Assembly: GCA_964653455.1 (NCBI GenBank)
Contig: CAZZFK010000003.1
Span: forward strand, 60,819 to 124,818
Source of the DNA: an uncultured bacterium
GTDB taxonomy: Bacteria > Margulisbacteria > Termititenacia > CAZZFK01
Direction: 5' to 3'
DNA: 64,000 bases
A program made the position numbers and the translations under genes. Below the pieces are notes generated by a model. It saw only the letters and a list, made by a program, of their open reading frames with translations. It ran no database searches and was not told where the DNA came from. Of the stretch, positions 18,484-27,683 are shown one piece after another (position 1 is the first letter of the stretch; each line of letters begins with the position of its first letter).

Positions 18484-19496
18484 GTTTTGGAGAAAGCAAT
18501 GAGTTCTTGAAGCTTTTTAAGCGCTGCTCCATCCCGCAGTGAGCTCTTGGCGAGAACTATTCCTTCCTCAAGATCTTTCGCCCTATTTCCGGCGACTATC
18601 GCCGCTGCGGCGTTCATGACAGCGACATCGGTGCATGGACCTTCATATTTATTGTTGAGGATATTGAGCAGTATCTCTGAGTTCTGTTTCGGGTCCCCGC
18701 CTTTTATAGCGTCGAGGGTGACCTTTTTGAAGCCGAACGCTTCGGGCGTGAAACGCATCTCGGTAATGATGCCGTCCTTTAGGTGGGCGACGACGGTATC
18801 GCCGGTTATTGATATTTCATCAAGCCCGTCCGCGCCATGCACGATGAACGCGTGCTGCACCCCGAGGTTCCTAAGGACCTTGGCCATGGTGTCCACCAGT
18901 TGCGGAGAAAAAACACCCATCAGATGCCCGGTAGCGTTCGCGGGGTTCGTGAGCGGCCCCAGGATATTGAACACGGTCCTGATCCCGACCTCTTTTCTCG
19001 GGCCGATCGCATGTTTCATGGCCCCGTGGAACGCGGGTGCGAACATGAAGCCGATACCGACCTTATTTATGCATTCGGTGACCTTTTCATGGGGCATGTC
19101 GAGCTTTACGCCCAATATCTCAAGGACATCGGCACTGCCTGTTCTGCTGGTCACGGAGCGATTGCCGTGCTTGGCGATGGCGACACCGGCGCCGGCCGCG
19201 ATAAGTGCTGCAGTGGTTGATATATTGAAGGTCCCGGACCTGTCGCCGCCGGTCCCGCAGGTATCAACAAGGTTCTTGGGGGACGGAGCGATCGTGTGCG
19301 CGTGTTTCCTCATGGACTTTGCCATGCCGGTTATCTCTTCTATGGTCTCGCCCTTCATACGCAAGGCTGTGATAAAGGCGCCGATCTGCGCGGGAGTTGC
19401 AGTTCCTCCCATGATGTCATCCATCACCTCGAACGCTTCTTGTTCTGTGAGGTTGAGCCTGTCTACGACTTTCTGGAGGGCTTCACGAGTGTTCAT
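18477..19496 (-). CDS. trpD: Anthranilate phosphoribosyltransferase
   Basis: DTCGTGGD, NIST, KHGNRSVTSRTGSAD, GIRTVFNILGPLTNP, DGLDEIS. Confidence 0.97.
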   Translation of the reverse strand: MNTREALQKVVDRLNLTEQEAFEVMDDIMGGTATPAQIGAFITALRMKGETIEEITGMAKSMRKHAHTIAPSPKNLVDTCGTGGDRSGTFNISTTAALIAAGAGVAIAKHGNRSVTSRTGSADVLEILGVKLDMPHEKVTECINKVGIGFMFAPAFHGAMKHAIGPRKEVGIRTVFNILGPLTNPANATGHLMGVFSPQLVDTMAKVLRNLGVQHAFIVHGADGLDEISITGDTVVAHLKDGIITEMRFTPEAFGFKKVTLDAIKGGDPKQNSEILLNILNNKYEGPCTDVAVMNAAAAIVAGNRAKDLEEGIVLAKSSLRDGAALKKLQELIAFSKTC

Positions 19497-19544
19497 ATAT
19501 AAATATTACCATAGCCGCTGTATTAAAAAAATGGATCAGTTGCT

Positions 19545-19662
19545 GACCCCACCAACAGAGCTGCGAACCTTTAACTCGAGCTATATACCCGAACCTCCCC
19601 AGATCTGGGGAGGTTCGGGTACGTTAACAGTATTCTGCATCAATTGCTGTGGTGGTGGGGTC
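19545..19662. repeat. About 118-bp REP/MITE-like element with a central perfect 36-bp palindrome (member 2)
   Basis: Terminal IR GACCCCACCA...TGGTGGGGTC. Central TACCCGAACCTCCCCAGATCTGGGGAGGTTCGGGTA at 19586-19621 sits exactly at the midpoint. Confidence 0.8.
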
Positions 19663-19672
19663 TAAGGCAGTT

Positions 19673-20212
19673 TCAATACGCAATCTTATCTTTCGATAGC
19701 GTCCACTTCTTGAGAACGTCTGTCGCAGATGGCATAGGCTTATGTACCAGGGGTAGCTCTCTTTTATCGACAGGAAGAGCTATTTCTTTATATATGAAGC
19801 TGTCATCAAATCCGATCGAAGCCGCGTCTTTCCTCGTATTTGCGAAATATACTTTGGAAATACCTGCCCAATAAATAGCGCTCAGGCACATAGGGCAGGG
19901 CTCGCAGCTGGAATAGAGTGCCGCGCCGTTCAATTGGAACGTACCGAGATGCCGGCAGGCGTCACGTATGGCCACTATCTCTGCATGTGCGGTAGGGTCA
20001 TTGTTCTTGGTCACTCGATTGGTCCCTGTGCCTATCACAGCACCATCTTTGATGATAACTGCGCCGAAAGGTCCGCCTTGTTTTTTTGTGACATTTTCCA
20101 GGGCCATCGCTATGGCCTGTTCCATGAAATGGTGCTGATAGTCAGTATTGTGTTGCGTGTGACGTGCTTTTGAGCGTTCTGTTGCCGGGGTATCACTGTG
20201 TTCTCGGGTCAT
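19673..20212 (-). CDS. guaD: Guanine deaminase (Bacillus GuaD type, CDA fold)
   Basis: GGPFGAVI, DPTAHAEIVAIR, SCEPCPMC, GFDDSFIY, C-terminal Tyr. GGAGG RBS before MTREH. Confidence 0.8.
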   Translation of the reverse strand: MTREHSDTPATERSKARHTQHNTDYQHHFMEQAIAMALENVTKKQGGPFGAVIIKDGAVIGTGTNRVTKNNDPTAHAEIVAIRDACRHLGTFQLNGAALYSSCEPCPMCLSAIYWAGISKVYFANTRKDAASIGFDDSFIYKEIALPVDKRELPLVHKPMPSATDVLKKWTLSKDKIAY

Positions 20213-20290
20213 AAAGCCTCCGTGTGTTTGAAATACTATCATGTAGATGAGAGGGCACAAAATGAATAGTTCATACGTCTTTATGAGTAT

Positions 20291-20668
20291 ATGGAACGTT
20301 ATGGTATTACCTATGGTCAATATATTGATAAAGAAAAAATGCAGCAGGCAAAAGCATTACGAAAGACTATGACCAAAGCTGAACGTGTTTTTTGGGAACA
20401 TGTTCGAAGAAGGAGATATCCGGGATATCGGTTCAGAAGACAGCAGGTCATTGATGGCTTTATAGTTGATTTCTATTGTTCAAAGTTAAGACTTGCCATA
20501 GAAATTGATGGAGAAGTTCATAATGATAGAAAAATATATGACAGGGATCGTGATGCTATCTTGGAGCAGCATGGGATAAAAGTATTAAGGTTTTCGAATA
20601 CAGATGTCATTCATGATATTGAAAAGGTTATGTGGAAAGTATTCACCTTCAAGACCCCTCCCACCTGA
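20291..20668 (+). CDS. DUF559 (Vsr-like) endonuclease domain protein
   Basis: AKALRKTMTKAERVFW, FRRQQVIDGFIVDFYC, AIEIDGEVH, DRDRD, VLRFSN. The C-terminus (KTPPT*) reads into the adjacent palindromic element. Confidence 0.9.
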   Translation: MERYGITYGQYIDKEKMQQAKALRKTMTKAERVFWEHVRRRRYPGYRFRRQQVIDGFIVDFYCSKLRLAIEIDGEVHNDRKIYDRDRDAILEQHGIKVLRFSNTDVIHDIEKVMWKVFTFKTPPT

Positions 20669-20771
20669 AGCTTATAATAATGATATCTGCGCTACCCAAA
20701 CCTCCCCGGATCCGGGGAGGTTTGGGTACTCTAGCCGAATTGGTTAGTGCTGTATATTGTTGGAGGGGTCT
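20652..20771. repeat. About 120-bp REP/MITE-like element with a central perfect 36-bp palindrome (member 3)
   Basis: Terminal IR AGACCCCTCC...GGAGGGGTCT. Central TACCCAAACCTCCCCGGATCCGGGGAGGTTTGGGTA at 20693-20728. Confidence 0.8.
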
Positions 20772-20817
20772 GGTGAGCGAAGGTACAAGCTGTTAATTTT
20801 CATATATAATTCAATTC

Positions 20818-21495
20818 ATGCAGAATATCACCTACACCACCATCCGTTCCCGCAGACGCAGTATCGGTATCGAGATCACGATGAGCGGGGATGTCATTGT
20901 CCGTATGCCGTTACGTGCCAAAGAACAGCTTGCAGCGGAGTTTATCCGCAAAAAAAGTCCTTGGATCATCAAGACGATCGAAAAGGTCAGGACATATTCT
21001 GAAAAATATCGTCCAAAACAATTCCTTGATGGGGAAGAATTCACGTATTTGAACATGAAATATCCGTTGCGCTATGTCGAGTCAGGCGCGCCGACCCTGC
21101 AGTTCAGGGACGGCATGTTCCTGTTGAACCGTTCAAAACAAGGCAGCGCTTCCCGCCAGTTCATTTCCTGGTACCGAAAAGCCGTGCGTACTGTTCTTGA
21201 AGAAAGGCTGTTGTATTTCTCGCAACGTGCAGGTCTTCGGTACGGCCGCGTGACCATAACCGCTGCCAAGAGACGCTGGGGGTCCTGCAGTCACCGCAAT
21301 GACCTGAGTTTTTCCTGGCGTCTGGTCCTTGCCCCAATAGAGATCGTTGATTACGTCGTATTGCATGAATTGGTCCATGTCATCGAGAAGAACCATTCCC
21401 GTGACAGGTTCTGGGCGGTAGTTGCGAGATATATGCCGGACTATAAAGAACGTAGAAATTGGCTTAAGAAGAACGGAGTGTCCTTGGACCTGTAA
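20818..21495 (+). CDS. YgjP/SprT-like (DUF45, M48-annotated) metal-dependent hydrolase
   Basis: RSRRRSIGI, RRWGSCS, LSFSWRL, DYVVLHELVH (HExxH). Confidence 0.85.
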   Translation: MQNITYTTIRSRRRSIGIEITMSGDVIVRMPLRAKEQLAAEFIRKKSPWIIKTIEKVRTYSEKYRPKQFLDGEEFTYLNMKYPLRYVESGAPTLQFRDGMFLLNRSKQGSASRQFISWYRKAVRTVLEERLLYFSQRAGLRYGRVTITAAKRRWGSCSHRNDLSFSWRLVLAPIEIVDYVVLHELVHVIEKNHSRDRFWAVVARYMPDYKERRNWLKKNGVSLDL

Positions 21496-21615
21496 CTCAC
21501 CCCCAGTATAGTTTTTTCTTCATGAACACAGCAGCTATATGCTCCCCCTCTCTCAAGAGAGAGGGGGAGCGATCAATATGCATTTTAGATGAATAGCTCT
21601 GCTTGGGGGGAGTTA
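21493..21615. repeat. About 123-bp element with a central 14-bp-arm palindrome (member 4)
   Basis: Terminal IR TAACTCACCCCCA...TGGGGGGAGTTA. Central GCTCCCCCTCTCTC-AA-GAGAGAGGGGGAGC at 21541-21570. Its termini contain the stop codons of both convergent neighbours. Confidence 0.7.
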
Positions 21616-22269
21616 TTTAACTATCGATATAAGTTCATCGTATGAATCAATGATGAATTCCGGTCGTGCAGCTTCGAGCTCATTTCTGAGCCCGATACCG
21701 AACGTTACCCCGCAGGTATGGACCCCTGCCGCTTTTCCGGCCTGAATATCTACGGCCATATCTCCGACCATGAGCACATGGGCTTTATCTGTGACCTTGA
21801 GCGCTGTGATCGCTTTTATGACCGGGCAGGGCAGCGGTTTTAAACAGTCAACGTCATCGCCGCCGACGATCTCTTTGAAGTAGTGCCGAATGTTCAATTG
21901 AGCGAGCGTTCTGTCCGCGGACTTCCGGCTGCGGTTGGTGACGATCCCCATGTGCTTATCCTTGAGCCGTTCCAGCATGTCCGCGGCCCCGGGCATCAAT
22001 GTCGTTCTTTCCATGGCATGGTCGCGATAGTGCTCGGAATAAAGCAGGAGCGCAGTCTCACCATCTTTATATATTTCCGGGGGTATGGTGTTCTTTATCA
22101 GGTCGCGGACCCCGAACCCGATGAAAGGACGGACCTCGTCAAGGGGCTTTTCCGGCAAAGCGAGCGTACGGCGAACATGATTGACCGATGCAACGATCGC
22201 ACGGACAGAGTCGAGCAAGGTCCCGTCCAGGTCAAAGAAAATATACTTGAATTTTCCGGAATGCCCCAT
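21613..22269 (-). CDS. HAD-IA hydrolase, phosphoglycolate phosphatase-like
   Basis: FDLDGTLLDS, IVTN, KPLP, MVGDMAVDIQAGKAAG. Confidence 0.88.
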   Translation of the reverse strand: MGHSGKFKYIFFDLDGTLLDSVRAIVASVNHVRRTLALPEKPLDEVRPFIGFGVRDLIKNTIPPEIYKDGETALLLYSEHYRDHAMERTTLMPGAADMLERLKDKHMGIVTNRSRKSADRTLAQLNIRHYFKEIVGGDDVDCLKPLPCPVIKAITALKVTDKAHVLMVGDMAVDIQAGKAAGVHTCGVTFGIGLRNELEAARPEFIIDSYDELISIVK

Positions 22270-22961
22270 TAATCCCGACGTTTTCCGAATATGCGCAGCA
22301 GCATCAGGAACAGATTGATGAAGTCCAGGTACAGCGTGAGGGCGCCGATAATGGCCTCTTTTTTGTCCTCATCCGTCTCTTCATTGCCGATAATGTTCAA
22401 TTTCTTTATTTTCTGTGTGTCATAGGCGATGAGCCCTACGAACACCAGTACACCGATGTACGCGGTAACAAGGTTAACGATAGAGTTGTTCAGGAACATG
22501 TTGATGAACGTGGCCATAATGATGCCCAGAAGCGACATGATGCAGAGATTCCCGATACTGGTAAGATCTTTCTTGGTCGTAAAGCCATAGAAGCTCATGA
22601 GCGCGAACGTCCCTGCAGTGATGTAGAACGTCATAGCGAGCGACTCGGTCGTAAAGACAAGAAATACGGACGCGAGCGTCAGGCCGTTGAGGGCAGAGTA
22701 AGCAAGGAACGTCAGCCTTCCCGTGGTGACGCTCATTTTTTCTATCGCGATGACCAGATACGCGACCATGATGAATTCCAGAAAAAGCATGACGATGAAC
22801 AGCAGCGGATGACCGAAAATAAAATTAGCCAGAGGCAGATTGCTCGCGGTGTACATGGCTACAAGACCGGTAACGACGAGCGCTGCGGACATCCACCCGA
22901 ACACCTTCGTGATGTAATGCTGGTTCTCGATATCTGCGCGGGACAGGTTCTTGCTTGCCAT
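22269..22961 (-). CDS. Bax inhibitor-1/YccA family membrane protein
   Basis: Seven TM segments, YDTQKIK, GALTLYLDFINLFL. Confidence 0.92.
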   Translation of the reverse strand: MASKNLSRADIENQHYITKVFGWMSAALVVTGLVAMYTASNLPLANFIFGHPLLFIVMLFLEFIMVAYLVIAIEKMSVTTGRLTFLAYSALNGLTLASVFLVFTTESLAMTFYITAGTFALMSFYGFTTKKDLTSIGNLCIMSLLGIIMATFINMFLNNSIVNLVTAYIGVLVFVGLIAYDTQKIKKLNIIGNEETDEDKKEAIIGALTLYLDFINLFLMLLRIFGKRRD

Positions 22962-23029
22962 AGTGAGCCTCCTTGTTCAGATGGAAGTTATTATACAACG
23001 AATGAGGTGTGTTTTCTTGAAATATCGCT

Positions 23030-24796
23030 TCAGGCCGTCTTGTTGCCGGGAACAACATCCTGTGTCTGGTATGCTCCGGCCTCAAGTTCTTTGATGACGT
23101 CACGGACAATGACCTTCTGTGTTGAGGTCTTCGGCAACGGATCGAACGTAAGCGCGAACATGCCGATGATCTTGTATGTCGGCAGCCCGTGGTTCATCTT
23201 TTTCAGCTCTGCCTTTATCTTTTTGTACGCATCCACGGTCTTTTCGAACGCAGGCTTGATGACGCTGTATACGACCTCTTTACCGTTGACCTTTTTCCCG
23301 AAGATGACCAGGTCCTCGAACAGGTCAGATTGCATATAGTACGATTCAAGTTCTTCAGGATAGACGTTCTTGCCGGAATCCAGGACGATCACGTTCTTCT
23401 TGCGTCCGCGGATATGCAGGTCACGGTTCTTGTCCAGAAAGCCCATATCTCCCGTATCGAACCAGCCTTCATTATCGAACACCAGATCATTAGCTGCATC
23501 ATTATTGTAGTATCCGGGCATGACGGACACACCACGCAGCCATATCTCGCCGATACCTTCACGGTTGATGTTCCGTATCTGGACCTCATTGCCCGGGCAC
23601 GGTTTGGAGACACAGATCAGCTGCGGGCGTTCCAGCATGTTCCCGGCGATAGGGCCGACCGTCTCGGTCAGTCCATACCCTTCGACGACACACAGCCCCA
23701 TGTTCCGATAGTACACGCCGGTACGCAAACGGAGACGAGCGCCGCCGCTCAGGAAGAACTTGAATTCCTTGCCGAACACGGCACGGACCGGCGCGCATAC
23801 CTTTCGCACAAGGAACCCGAGCCCGATATGGTGAAGGGACGGTGCGTTCTCGACGATGAACGTGAACAGATTGTATTTGAACGTCGATTCTTCTTTTATT
23901 TTTTTTATGATCTTGTCCAGGAATATCTCCAATATTTGAGGGACGACAGGGAACATATGTATATTGGCCGTCTTGAGCGTGTTCAGCAGATCAGAACTTT
24001 TGAACGAGGTCTGGAACACGATACGTAATCCGCCGCAGAAAGGGGCCATGAACGTCGTCGTGAACCCGTACACATGATACAGGGGAAGAAGGCCGAGTAC
24101 GTTCATCGGTGTGCCTCGATACACGTTCGTGAGCACTCCGATACCGGTCTTGTAGATGTTCGCGTGGGTCAACTGGACGACCTTCGGGACGGCGGTCGTG
24201 CCTGAGGTATAGATAAGGGAGGCGATAGTGGTGTCCGGGACCTGTACGGGGGTGAAAGATCCGTTGTCTCCCATATTGACCGAGAGGCCGATGTCATATT
24301 TTTTAACGCCGGGGAACGTATACTCGAAAGCAGAGGACATGAAAATAGCTTTTGCATTGACACCGGAAAGCATCGGTCCGTAGAAAGACTCTCTTAGATT
24401 GAAGTCGAGCACGAGCGCTGTGGCACCGATACTGGTGATCGCCATATAGGTGATGCACCACTCCTCCGAATTATGAGCGAGAATGGCGATGACATCGTCC
24501 TTTTTGAAACCTTCGCTCAGCAGGAACGCGGCGCGTGAACGAACGAGCGGTAATACCTGGGCATAGGTCAAATTCTTGTTGGCAAAAAGCACTAACGCAC
24601 CGTATTTATTGCATATGTGTTCATAGAGTTGATACAGGTCGTGCACCCCTTCAGGGAGCAACGGTTCGAGAGGTATCTCGCTCGCACAGTACGTATTGCG
24701 GCGGAACCTGTTCGGGGTATCAATAAAAAGTCCTCTGAAATTCCTTAAGGAACGGACGAATCGTATCTGAAAACGGGATAATCTTTTTCTTCTCAT
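23030..24796 (-). CDS. AMP-binding protein (long-chain acyl-CoA synthetase-like)
   Basis: YTSGTTAVPK, EGYGLTET, WFDTGD, RGRKKNVIVLDSGKNVYPEELE. Confidence 0.88.
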   Translation of the reverse strand: MRRKRLSRFQIRFVRSLRNFRGLFIDTPNRFRRNTYCASEIPLEPLLPEGVHDLYQLYEHICNKYGALVLFANKNLTYAQVLPLVRSRAAFLLSEGFKKDDVIAILAHNSEEWCITYMAITSIGATALVLDFNLRESFYGPMLSGVNAKAIFMSSAFEYTFPGVKKYDIGLSVNMGDNGSFTPVQVPDTTIASLIYTSGTTAVPKVVQLTHANIYKTGIGVLTNVYRGTPMNVLGLLPLYHVYGFTTTFMAPFCGGLRIVFQTSFKSSDLLNTLKTANIHMFPVVPQILEIFLDKIIKKIKEESTFKYNLFTFIVENAPSLHHIGLGFLVRKVCAPVRAVFGKEFKFFLSGGARLRLRTGVYYRNMGLCVVEGYGLTETVGPIAGNMLERPQLICVSKPCPGNEVQIRNINREGIGEIWLRGVSVMPGYYNNDAANDLVFDNEGWFDTGDMGFLDKNRDLHIRGRKKNVIVLDSGKNVYPEELESYYMQSDLFEDLVIFGKKVNGKEVVYSVIKPAFEKTVDAYKKIKAELKKMNHGLPTYKIIGMFALTFDPLPKTSTQKVIVRDVIKELEAGAYQTQDVVPGNKTA

Positions 24797-24847
24797 GTAG
24801 CGGCAATTTCCTCAGACGTATTTGACCTTAATTGTACGACTTTACTG

Positions 24848-25411
24848 TCACAGTGCAATGAAGTTCTTGAGAAGTGTCAACCCATGCTCCGTCAGTATCG
24901 ATTCAGGATGGAATTGAACTCCTTCGACAGGAAATTCCTTATGCCGCAGGCCCATGATCTCGCCTGAATCCGTTTCTGCCGATATTTCCAGACAATCGGG
25001 AAGGCTCTTTCGTTCAACGATCAGCGAGTGATAGCGGGTCGCGGTAAAAGGGGAGGGGATGTCCTTAAAAATGGTCCGACCGTCATGTTTTATCTCAGAG
25101 GTTTTTCCATGCATGAGATACGGGGCACGGATGACCTTTCCTCCGAACACTTCTCCGATAGCCTGATGCCCGAGACAGACCCCGAACAGGGGGACCTTTC
25201 CGGCAAAATACTTCATGACACTCTTGCTGATACCTGCCTGTTGCGGTGTCCCTGGTCCCGGGGAAATGACGATGTGCGAGGGTTTGAGCGCTTCGATCTT
25301 TTCACAGGTGATCGCATCGTTCCGATAGACCTCGACCTCCTGGCCGAGCATGCCGAAATACTGTACCAGGTTGTACGTGAACGAATCATAGTTATCTATC
25401 ATTACTATCAT
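24848..25411 (-). CDS. trpG: Anthranilate synthase component II (glutamine amidotransferase)
   Basis: [34 protein letters not shown]. Confidence 0.95.
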   Translation of the reverse strand: MIVMIDNYDSFTYNLVQYFGMLGQEVEVYRNDAITCEKIEALKPSHIVISPGPGTPQQAGISKSVMKYFAGKVPLFGVCLGHQAIGEVFGGKVIRAPYLMHGKTSEIKHDGRTIFKDIPSPFTATRYHSLIVERKSLPDCLEISAETDSGEIMGLRHKEFPVEGVQFHPESILTEHGLTLLKNFIAL

Positions 25412-25422
25412 GATCGTACTCC

Positions 25423-25501
25423 TGAACCCCTCCCCGAACCCCTCCCTGGCCTGCCCCGAGCATAGTCGAGGGGATCTGGGGAGGGGCCGAGGGTGGGGTC
25501 A
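25423..25501. repeat. GC-rich REP-like element between trpE and trpG (member 5)
   Basis: Ends TGAACCCC...GGGGTCA. Contains GATCTGGGGAGG shared with member 2 and the CCCCGAGCATAGTCGAGGGG insert shared with member 1. Confidence 0.7.
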
Positions 25502-25509
25502 TGACGGGC

Positions 25510-26913
25510 TTATCCCAAGCACTTGAGCATTGCCATCGCTTTATTGACCGATTCCTCATATTCCTTTGACGGGTCAGAATCCGCAACGATACCGGCCCCG
25601 GCCTGAACATGTGCCTGGCCGTCCTTTACGACGATGGTCCTGATGGCGATACAGGTGTCCATATTGCCTGAAAAATCAAAATAACCGACTGATCCGGCGT
25701 ACATGCCCCGGCGTGTGTTCTCCAGTTCATCGATGATCTCCATGGCCCGGACCTTCGGCGCTCCACTGACCGTACCCGCCGGGAATGTGGCCCGCAGCAG
25801 GTCAAAAGCATCTTTATCCTTCTGCAGCTCGCCTTCAACGTTGGAAACGATGTGCATCACGTGTGAATAGCGTTCGATGATCATCTGCTCTGTGGGTTTA
25901 ACGCTCCCTGGTCTGCAGACACGACCCAGGTCATTTCGGCCAAGGTCCACCAGCATGATGTGTTCGGCCCGTTCTTTTTGGTCGGAGAGCAGTTCTGCTG
26001 CGAGCTTTTGATCGGCATCGTTGGTCTTCCCTCGGGGACGCGTGCCGGCAATAGGCCGTACCGTCGCTGTTCTGTTCTCAAGCCGTACAAGTATCTCGGG
26101 GGACGAACCGATGACGGTGGTCTTCCCGAATTTGAGATAGAACATATAGGGTGACGGGTTCACGCAACGCAGGCGCCTGTAGATCTCAAAAGCATCACCT
26201 TTGAATTTTTTAGAGAATCGTTGTGACGGCACGACCTGGAAAATGTCACCCGCCCTGATGTATTCCTTGGCCTTATCCACGACATGTTCGAATTCTTCAC
26301 GTGAGAAGTTGGACGAGATCCCTTCAACGGGAGCCTGTTGTTCCAGGTCAATGAGGTTCTGTCGGGAAAGCGGTTCTTGCAGCTTCTTGATCAATGCCGT
26401 TATTTTCTTCTTGGCATCACGATAAGCCTTTTTCGGATCACGACCGACCCGGGCATTTGAGAGCACAATGATACGATGTTTGACGTGGTCGAACGCCAGG
26501 AGCGTATCGGTCAGCAGGAATTGGGCCAGCGGAAGCTTGAGCTCGTCCGGGTTCTTGTCCGGGATGGCCTCGATGCAACGTATGCTGTCGTAACTGAAAT
26601 AGCCGACAGCACCGCCATGAAATGGTGGCACCCCTTCATACGTCACCGGCTTGAACTTCTTCATGATCTTTTGCAGTTCCCTGAACGGGTCCTTTTTGCC
26701 GGTGAATTTCAGGAACGGTTCGCTGCCGATGAAGGAATAACGGGCGATGTTCTCGCCGTTCTCCACGCTCTCGAGCAGAAAAGAATCCTCCGTCTCGATC
26801 TTCAGATATGCGGATACGGGCGTTTCAAGATCAGCGACGATCTCGGTATAGACCGGGATGAGGTTCCCTTTTTTGGACAATGCGATGAACTCGGCTTCTG
26901 ACGGATAGAACAT
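25510..26913 (-). CDS. trpE: Anthranilate synthase component I
   Basis: FLLESVE, GDIFQVVPS, NPSPYM, SPE, RPIAGTRPRG, EHIMLVDLGRND, GTVSGAPK, QAGAGIVADS. Confidence 0.96.
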   Translation of the reverse strand: MFYPSEAEFIALSKKGNLIPVYTEIVADLETPVSAYLKIETEDSFLLESVENGENIARYSFIGSEPFLKFTGKKDPFRELQKIMKKFKPVTYEGVPPFHGGAVGYFSYDSIRCIEAIPDKNPDELKLPLAQFLLTDTLLAFDHVKHRIIVLSNARVGRDPKKAYRDAKKKITALIKKLQEPLSRQNLIDLEQQAPVEGISSNFSREEFEHVVDKAKEYIRAGDIFQVVPSQRFSKKFKGDAFEIYRRLRCVNPSPYMFYLKFGKTTVIGSSPEILVRLENRTATVRPIAGTRPRGKTNDADQKLAAELLSDQKERAEHIMLVDLGRNDLGRVCRPGSVKPTEQMIIERYSHVMHIVSNVEGELQKDKDAFDLLRATFPAGTVSGAPKVRAMEIIDELENTRRGMYAGSVGYFDFSGNMDTCIAIRTIVVKDGQAHVQAGAGIVADSDPSKEYEESVNKAMAMLKCLG

Positions 26914-26916
26914 ATG

Positions 26917-27276
26917 TTATGCGCCTTTTTCGAACAGCATCTTGAGCCCGAAGAACACCAAGATACAGGAGAAGATCTTGCGCAGAAGTATACCATCGAT
27001 ATGGGTCGCGATAGTAGCGCCGAACGTGGCACCGATGACACTGCCGATCATGAGCTCGAACAGGAGCTCTTTCTGGACGCTGCCTTTGCGAAGGTATGCA
27101 TATCCACCGATAAGTGACATGGGGATCATGACCGCTAAGGCGACCCCTTGGGCCATGTGCTGCGACATATGATAGAAGATGACCAGTATCGGGATATAGA
27201 TGGTCCCCCCGCCGATCCCGAGAAGACCTCCGAGCGCTCCCCCGATGATACCTAATAACAGTAATTGAGAGGACAT
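26917..27276 (-). CDS. Half-size TauE/SafE (TSUP) membrane protein
   Basis: GGLLGIGGGTIYIP, QHMAQG, about 4 TM segments. Confidence 0.8.
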   Translation of the reverse strand: MSSQLLLLGIIGGALGGLLGIGGGTIYIPILVIFYHMSQHMAQGVALAVMIPMSLIGGYAYLRKGSVQKELLFELMIGSVIGATFGATIATHIDGILLRKIFSCILVFFGLKMLFEKGA

Positions 27277-27286
27277 ATATTCTCCT

Positions 27287-27673
27287 TCAGCCGAGGAACA
27301 TCTTTACCGCGGCGACCAGCATAAGCATGCCGAACAACTTACGCAGTACTTTGGGTGAAAGTTCATGTGCGACGTTCGAGCCGAGCAGTACGCCGAGCAT
27401 TGAACCCGAGGCTATCCAGACAAGATACTCAAGGTTCAGGTACCCGGCAGTGTAATAGTGCAGGGCACCGCTCAAAGCGGTCGGCAAAATGACGAGCAAT
27501 GCGGTCCCTTGCGCAGTGTGTTGCGGAACATCGAGGAGATAGACCATGGCGGGAATGAAGATAACGCCCCCGCCGATACCAAAAAGACCGCTGGCGAGCC
27601 CGGCGATGATACCTATGATGACAGTCTTTAGTGGCACGTGGCATGTGACAGGCGAATTGTCAGCTTTCACCAT
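27287..27673 (-). CDS. Half-size TauE/SafE (TSUP) membrane protein
   Basis: SGLFGIGGGVIFIP, QHTAQGTAL, about 4 TM segments. Confidence 0.8.
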   Translation of the reverse strand: MVKADNSPVTCHVPLKTVIIGIIAGLASGLFGIGGGVIFIPAMVYLLDVPQHTAQGTALLVILPTALSGALHYYTAGYLNLEYLVWIASGSMLGVLLGSNVAHELSPKVLRKLFGMLMLVAAVKMFLG

Positions 27674-27683
27674 GTCTTTTCCT

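Noticed and set aside
18547-19665. Long alternative ORFs such as 18547-19665 (+), 40186-41028 (+), 27804-28721 (+) and 23189-24028 (+)
   Set aside because: They are antisense shadows of well-conserved genes (trpD, prs, tyrS, acyl-CoA synthetase) with no motifs of their own.
20213-20290. Purine riboswitch for guaD
   Set aside because: The 78-bp divergent gap has no three-stem junction or purine-aptamer consensus.
19545-20771. Classical IS or composite transposon
   Set aside because: No transposase or integrase and no clear target-site duplication; kept only as a REP-like hypothesis.
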